From Malacoraja senta (taxonomy: Eukaryota): a stretch of 60,000 nucleotides of DNA. The notes below the pieces were generated by a model. The model made no database searches. It had not been told where the DNA came from and was given only the letters and a program-made list of their open reading frames with translations. Position numbers and translations under genes: made by a program. The DNA lies in assembly GCA_038087875.1 (NCBI GenBank), contig CM075998.1, forward strand, positions 1,056,001 to 1,116,000, read 5' to 3'. Positions 10,401-24,079 of the stretch are shown piece after piece (the first letter of the stretch is position 1; every line of letters starts with the position of its first letter).

Positions 10401-12529
10401 GCACAACCCATTTACAAATAACATTTTCTATTTTCCCCAAAAACACGTACTCATCACTGCTGCAGAAACTGTGTTCTGGGCAGATCAATATTTTAACGCA
10501 CATCATTTAAAAATTCCCCAATAAACACACAACCAATCGAATAGCCAAATCGGTGTTAGCAGGGTCTGCGGTTTAAAGACCGCCGATCAGGGAACAACAC
10601 CAGTTACTGTCAGAGCTCAGGCCTTGGAGGACAAGCAAAGCTGGTGCATTTCACCGCAGTCAATGACAAGGGGAGCAGGATGGCACAGTCAGCAGAGGCT
10701 TCGAGTCCAGGCAGGCTGGGGGACAAGGTTCCACTTTTCACATGGGTGGGAGGTGGGACCTTGTATGGACAGCAGTTTACAAGAAATTATATTCAGACAG
10801 ATGCCTCTTTTTCGCTAGACTGCCATCCTAATTTAATTTGGACCTGTCCATAGACTTGGCGAGGAGCGACACCCAGCATCAGTTGTGAAGATATCAAAAA
10901 TCGCTTCTCAGCTTCCAGAGCCTGATGTGGAATTTTAAAAATCTCTATTGCATTGTGTATTTGTATTACATCAATACAATTTAATTCTTCATTTAAAAAA
11001 AAAATCAGGTTCACTTAACAATCTTCAAATTTCCCCCAATTCTGTATTTACACAGCGCCCAGCCAGCTTAGTCACCAGAACTTTGATCGTACCACTGCTG
11101 AAAATGATCATCTCTTTTCCTTTGAAGAGGTATTTGGCACAGCTGAAACCACAGTGCAGGGAGGGTCTTCTTTCAAGTTAAGTTTAAAAAGACAAACGCT
11201 GCAACTTGCAAACAAAGTATTTTGGAAGAGTTATCACACAAACTCTAGCTTAACGCAATCCACATTGAGTGAGACACCTGAACAGATACTGCAGGGAAAT
11301 GTGGAAAAGTTTAAAAAGCAATCTTGTACACCAGGAGTTCAGCAAAACCAGCATCAGATTAAAACACCTTCTAACACACTTTTAAAATAAAAAATAAATC
11401 AAATTCAGTTGGGTGGATTGCTTTTTGCAAGGTAATTTAAAACATTTTTAAATCTAGAGTCCTCTAGAGCAATGAAGCAACAAGACGCCGTAAAACGTAA
11501 AAAGGTTAAACCATCGCTCTGGGGAGCGGGAATGGGTGGAGGGGAAAGAGAAAGCAATAAAAAGTACATTAAATCTTTTACTTCAGAGAATTGTCTCTAG
11601 AAGTAGAAAAAATTGTCTGTGAAAATTTGTCAAAGCTTCAATCCACTGTGGTAGCACCGGCAATGCCAGCCTTAAATGTGCCATGGAGCCAATGAAGAGC
11701 ACCCAGTGTGCCAGCTGTGCCAACGTTATAGTCTCCTTCCTCTCTGCAAACCACATGGGACAAGACTGCATCAAACTGAAGAGAGTTAACCGACCACTAC
11801 ATTTAGAAGTGAGCAAGGACATTTCCTCTGCTCATATCCCGTTTCCAGGCTTCTCCTCGAGACACACACATACACCCGTTTCAACATTTAGTCAACAGTG
11901 GAATGACACTACAAAAGTGACCATTTGGACCCTTGCCCATGAACTCTCCTGATTTTTTGGATTTAGCAAACAACTCTATTCTTTTCTATAAAAATACCCA
12001 TGCCAGGGTTGGCAAGTGTTCAGACACCAACCAATGATGCCACTCTGCCCAATATTCCCTGCATTACCACTCCACTTCATTCAATACCCACCACCCGCAA
12101 TTGATCACACAATCCCCACAGTTCAACTTGGGTCTTCCGTTTTGCTTATTTGCCCTCCGTCCCCCCCTCCCCAAATCCAAAATAATTGCAAAAATAACAC
12201 GACAATAACACCGGCCTGAAATGTAAACTCAACCTTTAGCAATTCGACAAATTGCACAATACCCATTGAAAGCTGTGCAGGTGGTTAAATTGGGGAGGAA
12301 AGAGGGGCCAGGCGCATTCACAGCACCTCCCCACCCTTCTCATTTAAAGCTGCACTTCAATTTCTCATATTGCTAAAGCAAAAACAACGATAAATTTCAA
12401 AATGACTGGGCACCTTGCAGGTGTACGTTACCGAGCAGACAGGTGGGCTCAGATCCCATGCAGCAACACACAGTTCTTTATATATCTATCTTTTAAAAAT
12501 AAAACTGTCCAGTGCTGGGAAGTTTTCCA
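7455..12529 (-). other. CERS5: Probable long CERS5 3' UTR
   Basis: Lies between the stop codon and the candidate polyA signal; U-rich on the minus strand; no recognisable TE fragments. Confidence 0.55.
7474..7479 (-). terminator. CERS5: Candidate CERS5 polyadenylation signal
   Basis: TTTATT on + (AATAAA on -) with a U-rich downstream element, at the end of a long stretch lacking recognisable repeats. Confidence 0.55.
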
Positions 12530-12748
12530 TCAAGGTTGTCCTTTCTGTACCTCACCCACGTTACACATAGTCCGTGAGGACGCCATGTAATGGTCTCCCA
12601 CCCATGTTCCAGTGGTTAGATGCCCGTTGGTCCCATTTGCATTGGTGGTTCCTTTGAAAGGGCTGTGGTGATGAAGCTTTGTGCCATTGGTCAAGGCGTC
12701 CTCCTCATCGGAGCTGCTCTCAATGTCACTGCGATCGTCCTTGGAGAC
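12530..12748 (-). CDS. CERS5: Ceramide synthase 5, last coding exon (human exon 10 equivalent)
   Basis: VSKDDRSDIESSSDEED... matches the CERS5/6 C-terminus; CAG acceptor at 12749-51; TGA at 12530-32. Confidence 0.93.
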   Translation of the reverse strand, partial: VSKDDRSDIESSSDEEDALTNGTKLHHHSPFKGTTNANGTNGHLTTGTWVGDHYMASSRTMCNVGEVQKGQP

Positions 12749-14099
12749 CTGGATGGAAGAAAGAGTTGGAATACTATTTACCCACAACTGTCGGCAGTTC
12801 CAAAAGCCGGAATCGGGCAATACAACCATCATTGGTCCTAGGCTACAAACAGGGTCACATGGCTGGTGGGCAGCTGTTGGAGGTGGCCAGTGGTGACATA
12901 ACAGCCTCCCCTGCAGCGTAGTGAGCTTTAAGCTGCAGTAGCTGCCCATTCGCTCTCCGATGCCATCTGTTAACTTCAGAAAATCAAATAAAAAAACCTG
13001 CCCCCCCCCCCTGCCAGTAAAGTCAAGCATTAGCAGTATGCATGACGTTGTAAATGTGGGGTAAAGTGGTAATAACCACTTTTCTCACTCACAGATTAAG
13101 TGTGAAATATGCCTATACAGTCAGAACTCGTGTAAACAGGACTATGGCAAATTAAAGGATTCTCAATAAGATTCCCCTTTAAAAGTGTTGTGACTGAAAC
13201 CAAGATAAAAAACTTTTCTTCCATTTCAGTCGAAGTTGGCAGAAAATCCAGATCCTTCACAGGGATTCACCACCGGCACTCACCCAGCACCACCCCTCAC
13301 CCCCAGCATTTATCCAGCCTCCCCACCCCACTGGTCAACCTCTGAGAAACTAAGTCAGCAAGAGAAAGTGAACACTTTTGTAAAGACTACATTTTACTGT
13401 ATCTTTTGCACCAGACTCAGGAACAGCTTCTTCCTCGCCGTTATCAGACTACTGAACGGTCCTGTCAGAAGTAATTTGTGATTTGATAAGAGTATTCAAG
13501 AGGGTCTCGATAGCGATAGAAAGGAAATAAACCATTCGTAGAAGAATCAAGAGCAACGGGACAAGATTAAGGCAAGCGGCAAAATAAGGTAAAGGAGACG
13601 TATTAAAATATTTCCACACAACAAGCAGCGGCAATTTAGAATTCACTTTAAATACAAATTAAACACAAAAAATTACAGATGCTACAAATTCAAAATAAAA
13701 GCTGAAAATGCTAGATACACTCAGCAGGTCAGGCAGCATCTGTGGAGAGAGAAACAGAGTTTCAGGGTTTTTCATTGTCTGGATTCCAGATATAAATGTC
13801 ACTGCCTGAAAAGGTGGCAGAAGCCAATGCTAGCACTTACAGAAAGGGACTTTAACCAAAAAAATGTGCAGGACTTGTGAACAGAGCTGTGGGAATGGAC
13901 GGACTAGATTGCACAGGGTGATGGGTCAAACGGCTTCCTACACTGTGGTTCCCAAGCAACACCAGTTTAAAACCTGTGAATTTATAATCAGTTGAAGACA
14001 AAGCAAGTTCTGCAGAACACTGATAATCACACTTTAAAAACAAGAATCTTAAGCAATAACTGAGCGACTGTTATATGGTTGGCTTTGAGCAAGGGCACA

Positions 14100-14565
14100 G
14101 CTGACAGGGTAGCTGACAGGAAGGCACTACAACGGGTGGTGAAGACCGCTCAGTACATCATCGGTGCCCCGCTCCCTGCAATGGATGCCCTCCACCGAAA
14201 ACGGTGTCTGAGACGGGCCGGGAAGATCATCAAGGACCCCTCCCACCCTAACCATGGACTGTTTGCCCTCCTCCCATCAGGGAGGCGGTACAGAAGCCTC
14301 AGGTCTCGTACAAGCAGGATGAGGAACAGCTTCTTTAACAACACTATCACATTGCTGAACTCGGAGTCCCGCCGATAGATTTCTCCAGTCTCTCCGTCCA
14401 CATTGTTTGCTCATTCTGTATTTTATTCTGTATATTGTTCTTGTTCTGTGTTTTTATTTCTATATTGCAATATTGCTACGAGCAGACGCTAGACTGCATT
14501 TCGTTGTACCCATACTTGTATCTGTGCAATGACAATTAAAGTTGAATTGAATTGAATTGAATTGA
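14100..14565 (+). mobile_element. Rex1/Babar LINE 3' fragment
   Basis: DRKALQRVVKTAQYIIGAPLP...IIKDPSHPNHGLFALLPSGRRYRSLRSRTSRMRNSFF; (ATTGA)n tail. Confidence 0.88.
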
Positions 14566-15139
14566 GCAGGTAGCAACTCAGAAGCCTCATTCACTCTTGG
14601 ATTCGCCAGCCCCATCGATGCCACTAGCACCAGTGGACCAGCAGGGGGCATAGAGAGTGACTGTCCTTGCACACAAGCCAGCAGGTGGCAGTCTGCAACA
14701 GGCCAGGCTGCAAGCAGTCACATTCTCTGCATCAGTCGCTCATGTGCCTCGGGCTCCTCCCAGGTGGCCAGCCTGCTTCCCACAGCACATGCTTCTCGTC
14801 TGCTGGCATGTTAAACAACAGGAAAGCCTACTGAAAGGCAGCTTGCACAAAGCACACTGAGGAATGAATCCCTCATGGAAATGCTAGAATTTCCAACTCC
14901 TCGGGGGGTGAACACACACAAAACTATGCTTTAGTAGAGTAACAGCATTCCAGTTTTTGAAGGTCATCTTTGCAACTGTGTAAAAACTCCCATTGCATGA
15001 AAAATAGTCAATAATTTTTTTAACTTAGAAATACAGACAAGTTTTTAAAAAATGTAGATTTATATTATGGCACAGGGAATGATACACAAATTTGCACACA
15101 TCTCATCGCATTTTGGATCTCTGATGCAGGTGCCACTGG

Positions 15140-15800
15140 GTGGCGCCCGTAATGGCCGCCTCGCCAGCAGTCTATCTTGTCACTTCTCTGTTTTTATTAT
15201 TTAAAGTATGACTTGAATGTTTGTTTTAATCTCTCTTGGTATGTTTTACGTGTGTGTGGGGGGGGGGGGGTGCGGATTGTGGGAGACCTTTTTCAGTCAC
15301 TTACTTCGATGGAGATGCGATTTTTCTCCATGTCACATCTGCGCCCCCCCCCCCCCCCCCCCTTTGTGGCCTACAACATGGAGTGATGCGGCCTTTCCTG
15401 GAGCTTCAAGCCACGGATGCAGCGCGGACGTACTATCGCGGTGCCTGGGATCTTTTGCCGAGGATCGCCAGTGTTGGAGCCCGTGAAGCAGCAGTTGACT
15501 CGGGAGCTCCAGTGTTCCGATCCGTCCCGACGCTGGAGTTTCGATCATCCCGACGAGAGGGCTTGAACAGGGGACCGTCAACAACGGCCCCGACCACGGG
15601 TGAACAAAGGAGGAAGATGACTGAACTTTATTGCCTTCCATCACAGTGAGGACTGTTGATTCCACTGTGTTGGATGTTTATGTTAAACTTTATTTTATGT
15701 GCTGCGTGTATTTTTGCTTTTTACTTAGTATGGCTGTATGGTAACTCAAATTTCACTATCTTAATTGGTACATGTGACAATTAAATTGAATCTTGAATCA
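15140..15800 (+). mobile_element. Non-autonomous interspersed repeat with a Rex1-like 3' tail
   Basis: CpG-rich body ending ...AATTTCACT..TTAATTGGTACATGTGACAATTAAATTGAATCTTGAATC, resembling the Rex1 tail at ~14530. Confidence 0.5.
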
Positions 15801-17276
15801 CAAAACTATTTTGGTGAAATAGATACAAAACTGAGGCATAAAACATTGGTGAAGAGAGTCGCTTACCAGCCCCATTAAACAACAAACGATCTGCCTTTCG
15901 GAAGCCTGTCCCTTCTGAAGAGCTAAGTTCTATTCATTAATGCAGGAAAATTCATGTTTTTCTTTTTTAAAGTGTCAATTGTTGATTAACATTTTGTATA
16001 GGAAGGGGAAAGGAATGAGTGAATTTTCCAGGCCAGCATGACAAGTACTTGGGCTCTTATGCCAGTGTGGGAGGGAGCCAAACAGAAGCCAAGCCCCATC
16101 CAACGGTGGGAAAGATGCCTCTCGTCCTCTCCCTCGTCTCAGTCTCAGTGCCTGGTTCAGACAGGCCGACCAACAGGGGGGATAGAGGCGTCATCTAAAG
16201 GTGGCATGTTACTGTAAAAGGTCACTTTCTCTCCATCCCTTTAAGAAAATATTTACTTTGGCATGTTAATTCAGATAAGACATCTTTTTTTTTTAATCCA
16301 AAAAGCAGCCCAGTTAAATTTGTCAGAAACAATGTTAACAGATACGAGATAAAGTGTATTTACATGTGAATTAACTCATTCCGATACAAAAATAGTCACT
16401 CAAATGAAATAACAAATTAGTTTGGAAATGTCAAGAGCTTTTACTTTTTTCCCCGTCCCCAAACAGATGGAGATATTTTTTTGGGGGGTGGGGGGGGGGA
16501 ATTAATTTTAGTCAAGTTGAATGTTAAAATAACTCTTGATTGGAATGGAAGCAGATTTTTTTTTTTCAAACCTCGAGGTAGGAGTAAACACAGAAGGGAA
16601 TTGTGGATCTAACAAGTAAATGTTCGGCAAGGTTTCCTTTAGGGATTGAGCAGTTGTCTGCCTTGATATTTCTCGCAGTAACACCTGGGCCATGGAGCAG
16701 AACAAGAGTAGGATATTTAGCTGCTTTATTAGGCACTATAATGAACACTCTGTAGCTTTGTCAGTGCCCTTTAAGTGACTCTTTGCATACCTTGTGTTTG
16801 GTATGTAAAACAAAGAATTTCAATGTGACATGTCACATGTGATAATAAAGTATCAATCAGCTCAAAAAACAGCATGATACCATGTTTTAAAAAACAGCTG
16901 GAAATCCCCAACAGTGGAATGGCCTCAGATGAGAAAGTTGCTGGTGCCCAAATTTGCAAAAATATTAAAGCCATACCAGGATAAATGGAAAACTTTGTGC
17001 AAAGAATGGCCGAGGATATCAGTATGATTTCATTTTTGGTGACCGGTAAAGCAGCATGAAGTTAATTACTGGCAGTGGTTACAGCCTCTAGTTGGCTGTT
17101 CAGGTGGCCCCATGCTGTTACTTCAGGCTGCAAGGTGCTAGTTATAATCGTGCAAAGCAGAAGGGCATTGTAGCACAGTGGTACATTTCAGCAAAGCTAC
17201 TTAGCCATGCAAAGCAGGGGAAGGTTGCACACAGCGAAATAGTCAGGCGGCTGATTCCAACAGTTGCAACACTTAC

Positions 17277-17291
17277 ATGCAAAAGGTCCCG
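17277..17291 (-). CDS. CERS5: Candidate 15-nt alternative microexon of CERS5 (RDLLH)
   Basis: Long AG-free pyrimidine tract, then AAG|CGGGACCTTTTGCAT|GTAAGT; phase 0/0; the surrounding (T)GKRDLLH resembles the CERS6 microexon AGKWNPLH at the same junction. Confidence 0.65.
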
Positions 17292-20087
17292 CTTCCCGGT
17301 GTACAGTGATAGAAAGAGAATTCAAACAAAACAAAAGGGTGGGGGAAGAAGAGACAGAAACAAAAATGAAACCACATCTTGCATCACAGAAAAGCTGCTC
17401 AAGAAATTCTTGCACAGTTACATATACACAGAAACACACAGAAGAAACACAACACCAAGAACAGCTGCGGGCCCACGATCGGAGAGCAGAGTTGTGAATT
17501 ACAAATTCATCCACCGCTGGCATCAGTCTGAATCTATTCAAGTGAAAGCCTGGAATACTGAATCTTGCAAAAAAAAAAAAAAAATCCAGCGAGTCAGTTA
17601 AAACTAAAAAATAGTCCATGTCTGACTTTTAATTATAATTTTGAGTGGGAGGAAATTAATGGCTTAAATAGAGAGTGAAAAAGAAAATCGCTAGTTTCTA
17701 ATCTTTTCTCTCAGTCAAACCCGTCAGAAAGTGAGAAGAAAAGAAAATAGCTAGTTGAGCTTGCAGAGGGTCAGTATGTATAAAAAGTTCATTCAATTGG
17801 CAGGTTTACAATACAAGATCGGCCAGGACAGAGAGCGTGTGGCACTGGTTGGTGTTCTGCTCGGTCTCATGGACAACAAGAGTGCTGCTTGCTGTTAGTT
17901 GGTAAAAGTTGACATTCAATGTATCTGGCGTACTGTTCAGTGAAACAGGGCTGTATGTGTATTCCAGGGTCACACTCATGCAAGTGGCATTACAAAGGAA
18001 ACACATCAGACATTAACCTCAAGATATTTTTGAAAACAATCTCTTCTTCACCCTCCCCACATCCTGTTCCCACGGAAACACGCAGAGGCACTCTGAGATT
18101 TCTCCCTCTCCTGCCCCCCCCCCCTCCCCACTAATATTAGTGAGGCACCACCGACATGGGCAGAACCTTCAGGCAGAGCGAGTGCCACCAGCTACGTGCC
18201 CCTGGTAAATTCAGTCAGAGGTCCTGTGCCTTTGCTGGGTATGTTATTTGTGCCAGTCTATAAAGAGCAAGATGGTATTGAGTGGCGGCAAGCACAAGAT
18301 CACAAACCTAGTGCTTCTTGTGGTTAAATAAATTAACAAACCAAATCGGGTCTCAACCCTCTGTAAAAATGGCACTTAATGCCAAGCAATCCTTTGCATT
18401 CATTTATGGGATGTGGGTATGGCTGGCGAGAGTATTTACTGCCCATCTTTGGTTGCCCTTAAGGGAGCAACAGTGCTCAGTCTCTTGAAAGGCTACACTG
18501 GTTGCACCTGAAAGATAATATAATGGTGGAGGGGGAAAAAAGTGACGCAGTATTAGACAGTCAGAATCAATCCAGCCATAGGCTCATCTCCAGACCACCA
18601 ACAGCAGATGTATGCAAAAGAGAAGATTTAAAAAAAAAACAATGCAGATTCTCAGCTAACCCCAAATTAATTGTTCAGACCACTTAAATAGCCTGCTGAA
18701 AGAGTATTTGCTACCAAATTTAGTAATAGAGAATGAACCATAGATATAGAAGTGGGGAACATTAAGGCAATAGTGACCATATAATACATTCTAAAATAAT
18801 AATTGAAAACGACAAAGTGTGGGACATACTGAAGTCACAATTAACAATCGCAAAATGCAAAAATATTGAAGAATTATTTTGCTTTAGCATTACCAGGTAG
18901 ACAGATCAAAACGAGATGATCGCCGAACAAAATTAGAACAGATAATTGCACTTTATTATGCAAAAAAAAGAGAAACAAGGGGGAGAATACAATGCCCGTT
19001 CCAGATGAATTACTTCAATGCATTTTGAAAGAATCCAGGGAAGAGATAACATTGGTACCATGACAGATTTAATAATTAAGTAAGTGTCAGAGAACTGGCT
19101 GATAGCCAAGAAAAGAGAGCGATAGAAGATGGCAAGCCAACTATCGAGTCAACTTGCTATCAGCAGGAGAAAAAATTAATGGAATCTCTACTCGAGGATT
19201 AAATAGAAAGCCTTCGAGAAATGGGCTACATAATGAATAATCAGCATGGACTTTAGAAAAGGAACACCCTTTGCTGACCATTTTCACAAATTCTTTGAAG
19301 ATCTAACAGAAAGACGAGACAAGAGTACTGCAATACATCTATCTCAATTCACAGAAGGCCTTTGGCAAGGTCCCTCAGAGTAATGCTGGCTGTGACTACC
19401 GTCACCCAGAGTACTATTGGCTCTGCTTCCAATAATGGTTATCACATCGACATGATGGCACAGGTGTGGCGCTCCGTTTAACACTGGATCACATCCAACA
19501 CCATAACACTCCCTTGGAATTACAAGACTGCCTTTCTGGGGACCCCCCCCCCCCCCCCCCCCCAGCCCGTGTTTATAAATATATGGTTCTGAAGGCACAC
19601 ACTGGTTCTCTTTATACCCACCACCAGTCTTCTTCCAGAATGTCCTACTGAGACTTTAACAGTCACCATTGGTGTTTCCACAAGATCAGCAAGGAATAGA
19701 TATGTTTCTGAACCCCCAACTCTTTCTCATCCACGGATCAACCAACACACATACACTGCCTGGTTAAGTGAGCCCGAAATATAGAGGGTCCAAGTTACAG
19801 CACAGGCCTGGGTCTCTCAGCTAAGTGGGGTCTGGCAGGATGATGAAGGTCAATTAATTCCAGGGCTTACAGAAACTCAAGCCTTTGCTCCCTCCCTCAG
19901 GGCACTCTGCAACCACCTTCACCCCCCACCCATCATGCCCATTATACGAGACCTCCAGCTTTCTCACGCTCTAAGGAGACTAGCAAGTCTCACATGGACC
20001 TGGTGGTTGAAGCAACAATTGATCAGAAATAGTGAATTTCTGCCGAGAACAACAAAAAACTCTACTGCTAAAGGTTTTCAAAATTAC

Positions 20088-20244
20088 CTTTCCCTTAACG
20101 ACAGCCTTGTATGCAATGCGTAGAATGAGATATGACCAAATGGCGTGTAGAACCTGTAGTAGCAGCAACAGCACGTTGAAGACCCACCAGGAGGGGTATG
20201 GCCCAATGATCTCCCAACTTTCAAAGAGTGTTGTATTTAAAATC
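20088..20244 (-). CDS. CERS5: CERS5 exon 9 equivalent (157 bp)
   Basis: [55 protein letters not shown] acceptor and GTAATT donor. Confidence 0.95.
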
Positions 20245-21342
20245 CTGCAAATTAAATTAAACAACGCAAAATATTCACTTTCCAATAGACAGAGATAATA
20301 TCCAATTTTCCTCTTAGGCATTTGATTTAAGAGTTAAAGTATACCACATTATTTTATTTTCATTTTGCAATCCAATCAAATCAGATAATACCATACATAA
20401 ATACAATACAATCCAACTCAAGTACAATAAGTACTGATAGGAAAGGTTTAGATTGAGATTGATATGGACCAAATGCAAGCAAATGAGATTAGCTTAGATG
20501 GCATGGATGAGTTGGGCTGAATAGCCTGTTTCTGTGCTGTATGACTCTAGGTAAAGCAGAGGGAAAGACACAGAGTGCAGAATATAGTTCTCAGCATTGT
20601 AGCGCATCAGTTCCTTAGACAGAGTCCAGTGTTCACAATGGGGTAGAGGTGAATCAAACAGTACCCTAGCCTATGGAAGGACCCAACAGAAGTCTGATAA
20701 CAGAGGGAAGAAGCTGTTCCCGAGTCTGGTGGTGCACACTTTCAAGCTTCTGTACCTTCTGCCAGACTGGAGTGGGGAGAAGGAATAACTGAAGCCAACT
20801 ACCACTATTTGCTGACAAAAATCCATTCTACCCAACAGTCACACAGCTTTCCTTTTACAAAATGAGTGGGCGGTATTGAGTGGATAGGAGACTGTATCCA
20901 CAATCTCCCAGCTTTGAGCATGCCATTAGTACATGTCACTCATCCATGAAACATCCGCCGCATATCTAGAAACTGGAAATTCTGATGAATGAAATAACGA
21001 AAGATACATGTACATTCTTTCATCCACCCTCCCTTTTATATGCAGAGAATAATCGAGTCATTGTTTGGATGGCATTTGTGTGGTCATTTCCTTCCTTGCA
21101 CCATCTGACCTGTTAATGTGAAGCAATGGGAGCAGGTCAGAGTTATTTTTTGACGTGCAAAACAATACCAGTGGGCACAACGTTTTCACAGTAATACAAA
21201 TGAACTATTAAACTACATAGTCCAGGGCAAGTCCCATTTATGGGCAGAGGCATAGATAAATGCCAGTTTATAGCCTTCAATTCTGTATTAAGCCCAGCAT
21301 CAAATATCAGGGTTAATTTTCAGGTGCACCAGTAAAATGGGT

Positions 21343-22240
21343 CATAGAGTCAGAGTGATACAGTGTGGAAACAGGCCCTTCGGCCCAACTTACCCACACT
21401 GGCCAACAATGTCCCAGCTACACTAGTCCCACTTGCCTGTGCTTGGTCCATATCCCTCCAAACCTGTCCTATCCATGTACCTGTCTAACTGTTTCTTTAA
21501 AAAATGGGATAGTCCCAGCCTCAACTACCTCCTCTGGCAACTTGTTCCATACACCCACCCACGTGTGAAAAAGTTACCCCTCGGATTCCTATTAAATCTT
21601 TTCCCCTTCACCTTGAACCTATGTCCTCTGGTTCTTAATTCCCCTACTCTGGGCAAGAGACTCTGTACATCTACCCGATCTATTCCTCTCATGATTTTGT
21701 ACACCACTATAAGATCTCCCCTTATCCTCCTACGCTCCATGGAATAGAGACCCAGCCTACTCAACCTCTCCCTGTAGCTCACACCCTCTAGTCCTGGCAA
21801 AATCCTCGTCAATCTTTTCTGAACCCTTTCAAGCTTGACAATATCTTTCCTATAACATGGTGCCCGGAACTGAACACAATATTCTAAATGCAGTCTTACG
21901 AACGTCTTGTACAACTGCAACATGACCTCCCAACTTCTATACTCAATACTCTGACTGGTGAAGGCCAAAGTGCCAAAAACCTTTTTGACCACCTTATCTA
22001 CCTGCGACTCGACCTTCAAGGAACCATGCACCTGCACTCCTAGATCCCTCTGCTCTACAACACTACCCAGAGGCCTACCATTTACTGTGTATGTCCTGCC
22101 CTTGTTCGATGTCCCAAAATGCAATACTTCACACTTCTCTGCATTAAATTCCATCAACCATTCCTCCGCCCACCTGGCGAATCAATCCAGATCCTGCTGC
22201 AATCATTCACAACCTTCTTTGCTATCTGCAAAACCACTAA
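21343..22240 (-). mobile_element. CR1 LINE ORF2 3' fragment
   Basis: ORF 21525-22157 MEFNAEKCEVLH...LYKTFVRLHLEYCVQF...RTRGHRFK plus CR1 3' UTR. Confidence 0.92.
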
Positions 22241-24079
22241 ATTTGGTATGATCTGCTTGGACAGCACACAAAACAAAGTTTTTCCACAGCATTCTTCTGT
22301 CCGGAGCCTAGACTATAGCGGGAACCAGGTCAGCTAACGCAAGAAACACTGAGTGTACAGCAACAAACTGCCGGAACTGGGATGTTACTGGTCAGCTTGC
22401 TGTTAGCAAGGCTGCAGCTGATAGAATCGTGGAATGCAATCCTCAAAAAAAACGTCAGGAACATCTCATAAATGCAGGCAGTAAAAACAGAATCAGATAA
22501 AGTTGAATCAATATAACCCAGTGGCTCAGTTTATCATGAAATAAATGTTTGGACTGGGAATCATCCAGTTATTACGATGCTACAGGGCACTGAAACTACA
22601 ATCTATTTTGAGAACTCACATACAAGGTAATTTTGGCAAAAAGTCAAGTAATTTGAGTAGTTAGACAAAGATACTGTGTCTTACAGCACTTTCTATTGCT
22701 ACAGTTAAGAAACAACTTACATCTGCACTTCATGTGAACTTTACTATCATTAATTCAGGACTGGGCATTAATAATATAAACTATCTACGCAAATCCATTA
22801 TTCTGTAATTACATCCTCCCAGTAAAGATACCGCCTTGCCATCACTGGCAGGAGAGGAGGTTAACAGCAAATTTACATCAGCAATTTCCATTGTCAATGT
22901 GGGCATTGACAATAATTGTCTAATCATTTTTTTTTTTTTTTTAAAAGCTCTATCTTAAAATGGGGAATTAATTCAATTTGTTTACCCTGGTTCAATTAAT
23001 CTTCACTCTTACAACAGTATAGCACAGTCACAGGCCCTTTGCCCCAGTGTCTGTGCCAAACATGATGCCAAGTTAAACTAAATGATCCATTTTCTGCATA
23101 TCCGTGTGCCCATCTATAAGCCTCTTAAATGCCACTGCTGTATCTGCCTCCATTACCACCCCTGACAGCACGTTAAAAAACAAACTTGCCCCACACATCT
23201 CCTTTAAACTTTGCCCCTTCCATCTTCTAAGCTACTACATTTGGTCTTCGTTCTTCGTGCATGATAGCACGGGAGATTTTGTGTGCTATACAGGTTAGCT
23301 GGGATTGTTGCTCCTGATGACCTATAAGTGATCTGATGAACATGTGGAAGCAAGAGAAAGAACTCCATTGGGCTCCACTGCAAAGCCTTATGCAGATGTG
23401 AACGTATGCCAGCACTTATTTCCTTGGTCTGAACTTGACTGGTAAGTGATTCTAGGCTCTCCAATCTGGGAATAGCCACTTGAATGAGGTGCTGGAGATC
23501 TTGGAATGTGCTTGGGTACATGCACCACAATCAAACCAAAAACAGTAACAGCAGCTCGCACATCACATCCAATCAAACCACTGAAAGTGTTTACATGGAG
23601 TTCATTATCACCCGTACACACCACATACTTGGTTTTCCTTAGCTACAGTTTTCACATCTGCTGCACCGCAGGAGATTTGCTGTTTCAGAATCCCATTTGA
23701 AGCTGGGTTGCATCAAATTATTTTCACTTTGGCAGCTAACAGGAAGACAGACTTTAAGGCATGGATGTTGTATAGCAAAAGGAAGTCTGAGAACTCATCA
23801 CCAATCTTGGCCACCTTGGGAACTCACTGGGGTGGGAGATTGCAACCTTCACGTGGTCCGCCCTGTTTCAACCAATGCAATCAACCTGACGTGCACAATC
23901 AAATAAGATCAAATAGAACAAGTTGTCGTACAACTTTAGGCTGTGCACGCCATACGCAAGAGGAAGAGGAGGGAACTCACTACTCAAGACAACCAGCAAT
24001 ACTCAGCCAACTGGTGTATTCAAGGTGAACATTGATGGACCTTTTGACAATCGAGGGATACAGGGTCTGTTTGCATGCT

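Noticed and set aside
12749..13030. N-terminal part of the 166-aa minus ORF
   Set aside because: Intronic read-through upstream of the CAG acceptor of the last CERS5 exon.
17277..17300. Full 24-nt CERS6-like microexon (TGKRDLLH)
   Set aside because: Preceded by AC rather than AG, and the upstream donor is GTAATT (not a U12 AT-AC intron). The 15-nt form is preferred.
17092..17619. Overlapping 169-aa and 140-aa ORFs
   Set aside because: No recognisable domain; low-complexity translation of the pyrimidine tract around the microexon.
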